Below are positions 8,761 to 14,914 of a stretch of 43,914 nt of DNA, piece by piece (the stretch's first letter is position 1; the number at the start of each line of letters is the position of its first letter). Both the position numbers and the translations under genes were made by a program. The notes under the pieces are model-generated. The model saw only the letters and a list, made by a program, of their open reading frames with translations. It had not been told where the DNA came from and searched no databases. Source of the stretch: Candidatus Thermofontivivens primus (lineage in GTDB: Bacteria; Sysuimicrobiota; Sysuimicrobiia; Sysuimicrobiales; Thermofontiviventaceae); NCBI GenBank assembly GCA_031458695.1, contig JAVKJW010000019.1, positions 1 through 43,914 of the forward strand. Direction: 5' to 3'.

Positions 8761-9410
8761 CGTATCCTCCTCAGCACCACAGGGCGGAGTCCTTCGGAAA
8801 GAGGAATGGCGATGACAAGTCCACTCACCACCTGCATGACGTTGGCGGGGACCTCTCCAAGCGCTGCAGGGATTCCCAACCCCAGGAGGAAGGCCTCAGT
8901 GAGGAAATACCCACCTACCATGACGGCGCCTGCAACGAGGAGGATGAAAACCCTTCCCGCCACGGGGCGTACCCCTGCCCACAGGTGCAGGAATCCAGCG
9001 ATCACAACGGCCAGAAGCAGCAGGATCCCCCCAACCTTGGATAGAAGGTCTGCGGGGATGACGAGGCCGATCCCCCCTAAGACACCAAAGGCTGCCCCGA
9101 GATACGTCGCTCTCGGAACGCTCCTCTGGGCCAGCACGCCAGCAACGAATCCTTCAAAACCCTTAATGACCAGGGTAAAGGGAGCGAACTGGGTGTATCC
9201 ACCTAAGACGTCCGCCAGCGCCGATCCGATGCCACCGGCCACTCCACCGACCCACGGCCCAAACAGCAGGGCGCTCAGATAGACCATCGTCTCCCCGAGG
9301 TTGAAGTACCCCTGGGTAGCCGGGATGGGTATGCGGAAAGCCATCGTGGCAACGGCCACAAGTGCCACCAGCAACGCTGTGAGGGTCAGTTCCCGTGTCG
9401 ACATACGCAT
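8757..9410 (-). CDS. ECF transporter S component (HmpT/PdxU-like pattern)
   Basis: ALLVALVAVAT...IPIPATQGYFNLGE...LLFGP...GIGSALAD..GGY..FAPFTLVIKG. Hydrophobic multi-TM protein. GTGA overlap with the downstream gene. Confidence 0.88.
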   Translation of the reverse strand: MRMSTRELTLTALLVALVAVATMAFRIPIPATQGYFNLGETMVYLSALLFGPWVGGVAGGIGSALADVLGGYTQFAPFTLVIKGFEGFVAGVLAQRSVPRATYLGAAFGVLGGIGLVIPADLLSKVGGILLLLAVVIAGFLHLWAGVRPVAGRVFILLVAGAVMVGGYFLTEAFLLGLGIPAALGEVPANVMQVVSGLVIAIPLSEGLRPVVLRRIR

Positions 9411-9468
9411 TTTCCTTACCCCTCCTCGCGGTATCGATCCAAATAGGCCGGCAGAGCCTTTTAGCTTC

Positions 9469-9477
9469 ACTATACCA
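9469..9477 (-). promoter_or_regulatory. Extended -10 promoter element (TGGTATAGT) for the ECF-S/PurM-like operon
   Basis: TGn-TATAGT about 60 bp upstream of ATG 9410. The identical element occurs at 13498-13506 upstream of the SRPBCC gene. Confidence 0.55.
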
Positions 9478-9632
9478 TAGCCTCAGGGGGAAGGGCAGAG
9501 CCAATGGGGCGCAAGGAGAGGACGGGCAGTGGCTCGAATACCATCCCGAGGAGGCTCCCTGGTGGCCTTCACAAAAGCCCGGTTGACCATCGCGGGGATA
9601 CTTTCGCCATCTCATACAGGAAGCGAGAGACG

Positions 9633-9866
9633 ATGATCGAGACCGCATACATCCTCATCACTCTGGACAGAGGGACGCCGGCAGAAGTCGCCCAGGAGGT
9701 CCGGAAGATCCCGGGGATCGTTCGGGCGGATGTCACCATGGGGGAATTCGACGTGATCGCCATCGCCGAGATGGAAGGGACGAAGGGGTTCAGCCCACTT
9801 GCCTCCCGGATCAAGACCATCGCCGGCGTGGACCGGGTGGTCACGTGTGTGGTCGTCTACCCCTAG
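9633..9866 (+). CDS. Stand-alone Lrp/AsnC ligand-binding (RAM) domain protein
   Basis: AYILITL...EVRKIPGIVRADVTMGEFDVIAIAE...IKTIAGVDRVVTCVV. 77 aa with no HTH. Confidence 0.85.
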   Translation: MIETAYILITLDRGTPAEVAQEVRKIPGIVRADVTMGEFDVIAIAEMEGTKGFSPLASRIKTIAGVDRVVTCVVVYP

Positions 9867-9908
9867 CCCACCCCAGGCCCTATAAAAAGAGACATTTCCT
9901 CCACGGGA

Positions 9909-10310
9909 CTACCCCTTCACGATCCCCACAAGGAGGCGCCTGGTGCGAGGCCCATCCAGCTCTGCCAGGAAGAGTCGCTGCCACTGCCCTAGACCTAGCC
10001 GGCCCCCGACCAAGGGAACGGAGAGGCTCGATCCCAGGAGGATCGCGCGCAGGTGGCTATCGGCGTTGTTGTCGACGCGATTGTGAGCATAGGAGTGATC
10101 CTGCGGTACCATCTCCTCCAACCATCTTTGCACGTCCTGGAGCAGGTTCGGTTCATTCTCGTTGATAAACAGTCCTGCGGTAGTGTGCTCTGTGTACAAA
10201 ACAACAAGGCCCTCCTGGACTTCGCTCTTCCTGACGAGGCTATCAACCTCCTCGGTGACATCGATGAGGTCAACGCGGCGGCGGGATCTGACGGTGAGGT
10301 GATGCCACAT
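9909..10310 (-). CDS. yjbQ: YjbQ/UPF0047 family protein (secondary thiamine-phosphate synthase-like)
   Basis: HTTAGLFINENEP, NADSHLRAILLG and LGQWQRLFLAELDGPRTR motifs. Confidence 0.9.
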   Translation of the reverse strand: MWHHLTVRSRRRVDLIDVTEEVDSLVRKSEVQEGLVVLYTEHTTAGLFINENEPNLLQDVQRWLEEMVPQDHSYAHNRVDNNADSHLRAILLGSSLSVPLVGGRLGLGQWQRLFLAELDGPRTRRLLVGIVKG

Positions 10311-10399
10311 GCTCCCTCCCCCCTGCCTGCATTCTGGAGGAAGAACCGCATTCTTCAGGAGGAACCCCCGCTAGACTTCAATCCGGGCAGAGTAGGGTC

Positions 10400-11338
10400 T
10401 CATGACCCGACAGCAACACTGGGGGCGATGAGCTTCATTTGTCCCCGGATAAGCTCGGCAAGCTCGAGCGCAGCCATTCCTTCCTCACCGGGGACACGGG
10501 GCGCTACCTCCCCGCGAACACAGCGAATGAAGTGCGTCAGCTCGTTGCGGAGCGGTTCTTCCCCTTTCACCACGTATCGGCGGGTCTCCCCATCCTTGCG
10601 GCGGACTGTGATTGTCTGCTGGAGATAATCGAGGCTCACAACCCTGTCTTCCATGGTTACCTCGATCTCCGCAGCCTTTGCCGCTGAGATCCTGCTGGCT
10701 ACCAGTTGGGCCACGCATCCGTTCCGGAAGGTAAGGTGGCAAGCGGCAAGGTCTTCGTGGGAATTGTAGATCCGCACTCCCACGGCACTCACCCGTTCCA
10801 CTGGGCTCCGCACCAGGGTAAGGAGGATGTCGAGATCGTGAATCATCAAATCAAGGATGACCCCCACATCCATACTCCTGGCGGGGTCGTAGGGACGAAT
10901 CCGACGGCCATGGACGAAGAGGGGTTCCCGGGAGAGTTCCAGGAACCGCTCTACCGCAGGCTTGAAACGTTCCACATGCCCAATGAGGAGGACAACGTGG
11001 TGGCGGTGGGCAAGTTCCACGAGGTGGGAGGCTTCCTCCATCGTTGTCGTCATGGGCTTTTCTAGGAGGACATGGACCCCTGCCTCTATACACTCCTTCG
11101 CGATGGCGTAGTGAAGGACCGTGGGGACCACGATGCTGACCGCCTCGACTTTCCCCAGAAGCTCCCGGTGATGGGCATACGCTTTCGTCCCATATCGCTT
11201 CGCAAGGTCCATCGCCTCTTGGAAATCCCGGTCAACAACCCCCACCAGCTCTACACCCTCGATGTGATGGTAGACGCGCAAATGTTGCCGTCCCCATTGC
11301 CCAAGCCCGATCACCCCAACCTTTACCGTCTTTCCCAT
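10400..11338 (-). CDS. Gfo/Idh/MocA family oxidoreductase (GnnA/WbpB-like UDP-sugar 3-dehydrogenase)
   Basis: GVIGLGQWG Rossmann motif, HVLLEKP, GHVERF and DLMIHDLD. Confidence 0.88.
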   Translation of the reverse strand: MGKTVKVGVIGLGQWGRQHLRVYHHIEGVELVGVVDRDFQEAMDLAKRYGTKAYAHHRELLGKVEAVSIVVPTVLHYAIAKECIEAGVHVLLEKPMTTTMEEASHLVELAHRHHVVLLIGHVERFKPAVERFLELSREPLFVHGRRIRPYDPARSMDVGVILDLMIHDLDILLTLVRSPVERVSAVGVRIYNSHEDLAACHLTFRNGCVAQLVASRISAAKAAEIEVTMEDRVVSLDYLQQTITVRRKDGETRRYVVKGEEPLRNELTHFIRCVRGEVAPRVPGEEGMAALELAELIRGQMKLIAPSVAVGS

Positions 11339-11373
11339 GCTCCACACCCCTGGCCTTGTCTCTTAGACAATGC

Positions 11374-12483
11374 CTACTTTCCCCGTCCTCCTGCGGGAGA
11401 AAATGCGCGGATCGCCGTGATCACCGCCTGAAGTTCTTCCGGGGAGAGCGCAGGGTGTACAGGGATCGAGAGGACCTCCTGGGTCAAGCGCTCCGCCCGC
11501 GGGAACCTACCTGTGAATCCAAGCTTCTGGTACGCAGGTGTCCTTGGGATCACCTCAGGGTAGTAAACCCGGCAGCCGATCCCCATTGCCTGCAGGTAGC
11601 GCAGGAGATCGTCGCGCCTTTCCGGAACCCGGAGGGTGTACTGGTTGTACACATGACGGTATCCTTGCGGTTCTTGGGGGAGGAGAAGCCAGGGGAGATC
11701 CCCCAGCTCTTCGGTGAGAACTTTCGCGTTGCGGCGCCGTGCCTCATTCCTAGCCTCGAGGTGACCGAGCTGTACAAGACCCATCGCCGCTGCCAGGTTG
11801 GTCATGCGGAAGTTATATCCCACGGCCTCGTAGCGATAGTTCTCCCCATCCATCCCCACGTTCACGAGGAGCCGTGCCTTTCTGGCCACCTCGGGATCAG
11901 AGGTGACCACCATTCCTCCTTCGCCTGTGGTGAGGTTCTTAGTAGGATAGAAGCTGAAGATGGCGACGTGGCCGAAGCTCCCGACCTTCCGGCCGCGGAA
12001 CTCCGCCCCGTGGGCCTGGGCGCAGTCTTCGACGAGAAGAAGTTCATGTCGGGAGACGAGTTCTCCAATGCTCTCCATATCGCAGGGAAGACCAAACAGG
12101 TGGACAATGAGGAGGGCGCGCACCCGTGGGTGGGTGCGGAGGGCATCCTCAATGGCATTCGGATCGATATTGAATGTGAACGGATCTACATCCACAAAGA
12201 CAGGCTCGGCTCCGCAGTGGAGGATGGCATTGCTCGTGGCCACAAACGTGAACGGCGTAGTAATGACCTGATCCCCTGGGCCGATCCCGAGGGCTTCCAA
12301 GGCAACCTGGAGGGCCGTGCTCCCGGAGGAGGTCGCAACCGCGAACCTTACACCCACGTACTCTGCGAACCGCCTCTCGAACTCTTGGACCTCCTCTCCC
12401 GCTGCCAGCCGGCCTGATTCGAGGATCGCAAGGATGCGCGCCTTTTCCTCCTCGGTGATGATGGGCCTTGCAATAGGGATCAT
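11374..12483 (-). CDS. DegT/DnrJ/EryC1/StrS family PLP-dependent sugar aminotransferase
   Basis: MIPIARP start, SSGSTAL, FTFVAT, VEDCAQAHGA and FSFYPTKNLTTGEGG. The longer ORF-track N-terminus (to 12711) runs through repeat DNA and is probably non-coding. Confidence 0.92.
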   Translation of the reverse strand: MIPIARPIITEEEKARILAILESGRLAAGEEVQEFERRFAEYVGVRFAVATSSGSTALQVALEALGIGPGDQVITTPFTFVATSNAILHCGAEPVFVDVDPFTFNIDPNAIEDALRTHPRVRALLIVHLFGLPCDMESIGELVSRHELLLVEDCAQAHGAEFRGRKVGSFGHVAIFSFYPTKNLTTGEGGMVVTSDPEVARKARLLVNVGMDGENYRYEAVGYNFRMTNLAAAMGLVQLGHLEARNEARRRNAKVLTEELGDLPWLLLPQEPQGYRHVYNQYTLRVPERRDDLLRYLQAMGIGCRVYYPEVIPRTPAYQKLGFTGRFPRAERLTQEVLSIPVHPALSPEELQAVITAIRAFSPAGGRGK

Positions 12484-12497
12484 CTCTCTACGTACCT

Positions 12498-12728
12498 CGC
12501 AAAAGTCTTTGACTTTTGCGCTCCACAATTTGGCATCCTCAGCGATATCCTGCAAAAATTTCACGTTCAGGAAGCCCCTTAGCCTTGAAGCTTCCAACAT
12601 ATAATCTCCCGCCGAGCCTCCAGGGATTCTCATCGTACCCCCAGCAAAATCTTTTGTCGATTTTGCTTGGGACCCCGTTATTTCACAAGAGGGGCGCCTA
12701 GCAAAAGTCAAGGACTTTTGCTAGGGTG
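12498..12728. repeat. Cluster A of palindromic intergenic repeats (GCAAAA...TTTTGC family)
   Basis: Hairpins CGCAAAAGTC-TTT-GACTTTTGCG (12498-12520), CCCCAGCAAAATC...GATTTTGCTTGGG (12639-12671) and CCTAGCAAAAGTC-AAG-GACTTTTGCTAGG (12697-12725). Confidence 0.8.
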
Positions 12729-12748
12729 CTTAAGCAGTCCTCCAACGC

Positions 12749-12777
12749 GTAGGGGCACGGCGGTGCCGTGCCCCTAC
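12749..12777. repeat. GTAG-family REP palindrome
   Basis: GTAGGGGCACGGC-GGT-GCCGTGCCCCTAC, a perfect 13-bp stem. Confidence 0.75.
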
Positions 12778-12802
12778 CGTCTGACCCTGAGAGGTTTCCG
12801 CT

Positions 12803-12958
12803 CTATTGGATGACGATCCTCCGACCAGTGAGAAGGAGCCACAAGAGGAAGAGGATCAAGGCGAGGACGAGCGGATCTTGCTTGAGGACCACGGACCGAT
12901 CCGCACGATGGAATCTGTGCAGGAGCATCCTGAGGTAAGCCTCCAGCCATGCCAGCAT
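12803..12958 (-). CDS. Small (51 aa) single-pass membrane protein, absent from the ORF track
   Basis: SD GGGGGTG overlapping the upstream stop, then MLAWLEAYLRMLLHRFHRADRSVVLKQDPLVLALILFLLWLLLTGRRIVIQ*. Confidence 0.6.
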   Translation of the reverse strand: MLAWLEAYLRMLLHRFHRADRSVVLKQDPLVLALILFLLWLLLTGRRIVIQ

Positions 12959-12962
12959 GCCA

Positions 12963-13454
12963 TCACCCCCTCGAACTCTCATCCACCGCTCTTCCGGTGG
13001 AATTCGTCCTCTGATCCCTCCTTCCTTCTAACTCGCCTTTCAACGCCTGAAGCATGCGTTCCACGTTTTCCCGCATCTTTGCCCGGAGGAGCGTGCTCAG
13101 CAGGGCGCCGATAATCGGGATGTCCAGCTCGAAGTCGACGGAGATGGCCGTCTTGGTCCCCCCTGGTACCTCCTCGAAGGTCCAGATCCCTTCATACCGG
13201 TCGAAGTCTCCTTCACGCTGGCGGAACCGGCAGATCCTCTGTGCATCGTCCCATTCATCCTCCTCTACCCAGCGGATGCGCCGACCTTCCACGCTGCCGA
13301 CCCACTCGCTCACCGTGTTCGGGCCGCTGCGCTCGAGGATGCGCACGCTGATGAGATCGGGCATGAACTCCGGGAATGACTCCACATCCTTAGCGCGGCT
13401 ATAGACAACATCGATGGGTGCGTGGATGACAGTCGAAGCTTCCACACGAGCCAA
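12963..13454 (-). CDS. SRPBCC/START (polyketide cyclase/RatA-like) ligand-binding protein
   Basis: VIHAPIDVVY...DVESFPEFMP...GDFDRYEGIWTF...MLQALK. TTG start after AGGAGG. Confidence 0.88.
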   Translation of the reverse strand: MARVEASTVIHAPIDVVYSRAKDVESFPEFMPDLISVRILERSGPNTVSEWVGSVEGRRIRWVEEDEWDDAQRICRFRQREGDFDRYEGIWTFEEVPGGTKTAISVDFELDIPIIGALLSTLLRAKMRENVERMLQALKGELEGRRDQRTNSTGRAVDESSRG

Positions 13455-13530
13455 TTGCCATCCCTCCTGGCAATCCCCTCAAGGGAAGATCGCCCTTACT
13501 ATACCATAAAAAAGGACAAACGTGGAATAA

Positions 13531-13682
13531 CCTAGCAAAAGCCAAGGCTTTTGCTAGGGCTTTCTCCGGAGAAACAGCGGGGAGTCCTTCCGTACCCCGG
13601 CAAAAGTCTTTTGCCTTTTTCCGGGGGCCCCTCTTGAAATAACGAGGTCCCCAGCAAAATCTCTTTCGAGATTTTGCTGGGG
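13531..13682. repeat. Cluster B of the same palindromic repeat family, inverted relative to cluster A
   Basis: CCTAGCAAAAGCC-AA-GGCTTTTGCTAGG (13531-13558), CCGTACCCCGGCAAAAGTCTTTTGCC... (13590-13626) and CCCCAGCAAAATCTC-TTTC-GAGATTTTGCTGGGG (13649-13682). Confidence 0.8.
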
Positions 13683-13709
13683 TTACTTAGAAGCCGAACC
13701 AGAAGGCAG

Positions 13710-14003
13710 TTATGGCTTGCGCCCCCATTTTCCTTCAAACTCCTCCGGGCTCATGCGGTAGTAGTCCGCGTTCATCTCGGTGAAGTGCTTCCACTGGTCT
13801 GGCACGGCATCCTCTGCGAAGATGGCCTGGACGGGGCAGACCGCTTCGCAGGCCCCGCAGTCGATGCACTCCTCGGGGTTGATGTAGAGCATCACCTCTC
13901 CCTTGTCCTCCTCCGCCCGGGGGTGGATGCAGTCAACGGGGCAAACCTCTACACATGACCGGTCCTTCACGTTGATGCATGGCTCGGCGATGACGTAGGT
14001 CAT
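13710..14003 (-). CDS. fdxA: FdxA-type dicluster ([3Fe-4S]/[4Fe-4S]) ferredoxin
   Basis: MTYVIAEPCINVKDRSCVEVCPVDCIH...CIDCGACEAVCPV...W, the 7Fe ferredoxin pattern. Confidence 0.9.
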   Translation of the reverse strand: MTYVIAEPCINVKDRSCVEVCPVDCIHPRAEEDKGEVMLYINPEECIDCGACEAVCPVQAIFAEDAVPDQWKHFTEMNADYYRMSPEEFEGKWGRKP

Positions 14004-14042
14004 ACCTTCATTCCCCTCCTTTCGTTGGTCTGGTGGACCCCC

Positions 14043-14540
14043 TCACCGCTCGGTCCGCACATCTTTGCCCAACCCCTCCCGGGCGATGAGGAACTCCACG
14101 AACGTCAAGAGCGTCTCCAGGGTCTCGGGGGATGCCGTGCGAAGTTTCTGGATCTCCCGGTTAAGTTTCGTCCAAAGGACGATGCTGGCACCGTTTCCTT
14201 TCATATCGATCGCTCCCGCACCGAAGTTCCGGTTAATGGCCCTAAAGTACTCGATGTCCTCACTGGTGATCAGGCTGGCAACGCGCTTCATCACAGAAGG
14301 ATTGACGCCGAGGTGGGGGGCAAGTCGTTCGATGTACTCTGGCTTGCGGAGGTCCTGGATCCCGCGTTCCCCACGGGAAAGCACGCTCGGGGAGATCCCA
14401 GATTCTCGGGCAAGCTGGCGGAGGCTTTTGCCTTTCCCCTTGCCGTAGCAGTTCTCCCGGAGCATCCGGAGGTAGGTTCCAAAGGCCTTCGCCCCTGCCT
14501 TGGGGGACTGTTCATGTTGTCGGGAGGTAATTGTTTCCAT
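14043..14540 (-). CDS. XRE/cro-CI family HTH transcriptional regulator
   Basis: FGTYLRMLRE...SLRQLARESGISPSVLSRGERG...IERLAPHLGV. Start placed at ATG 14540, just downstream of a consensus promoter. Confidence 0.8.
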   Translation of the reverse strand: METITSRQHEQSPKAGAKAFGTYLRMLRENCYGKGKGKSLRQLARESGISPSVLSRGERGIQDLRKPEYIERLAPHLGVNPSVMKRVASLITSEDIEYFRAINRNFGAGAIDMKGNGASIVLWTKLNREIQKLRTASPETLETLLTFVEFLIAREGLGKDVRTER

Positions 14541-14624
14541 TTTGGAACACACCCTATTATAGCACCGCTCCAGCCTTCCTTCAACAGATAAGACGACGGG
14601 TCTTTTGTACCAGTTTTGGAACAA
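14531..14624 (-). promoter_or_regulatory. Promoter of the XRE gene flanked by two related palindromes
   Basis: TTGAAG (14584-14579), 17 bp, TATAAT (14561-14556). Palindromes TGTTTCCATTTTGGAACA (14532-14549) and TGTACCAGTTTTGGAACA (14606-14623). Confidence 0.7.
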
Positions 14625-14898
14625 CACCGCCACTGAGGGGAGGGTAAATCTCGATGACCTCTCCCTCTCTCAGCTTGTAGCTCAGGGGGAGGACCTCCCC
14701 ACCCCCCACAAAGATCGCGAAAGAGCGTACCTCTTCCTCCCGCTCGGGGGACCGGAGGGAAGGGAATAGGTTGGGATAATCCATACGCAATCGCTCGATG
14801 AGATCGAGCAAAGAGGCTCCATCCGGAAGTTCTACGGGGAGGGTGCGGGTTCCCACAACCTGGGTAAACGGAGGGTGTAGATGAACCTCGATGCGCAT
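14581..14898 (-). CDS. moaD: MoaD/ThiS family ubiquitin-like sulfur carrier with a 14-residue extension after the GG motif
   Basis: Beta-grasp pattern ...LREGEVIEIYPPLSGG followed by VVPKLVQKTRRLIC. Lies directly downstream of aor. Confidence 0.75.
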   Translation of the reverse strand: MRIEVHLHPPFTQVVGTRTLPVELPDGASLLDLIERLRMDYPNLFPSLRSPEREEEVRSFAIFVGGGEVLPLSYKLREGEVIEIYPPLSGGVVPKLVQKTRRLIC

Positions 14899-14914
14899 TG
14901 TCGCAGGAGATCCC

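Noticed and set aside
12484..12711. 76-residue N-terminal extension of the DegT aminotransferase in the ORF track
   Set aside because: It runs through palindromic repeat DNA, and family homology begins at MIPIARP (12483).
12498..13682. Palindromic repeat clusters as a CRISPR array or IS ends
   Set aside because: Spacing is irregular, units vary in sequence and orientation, and no transposase or target-site duplication was identified.
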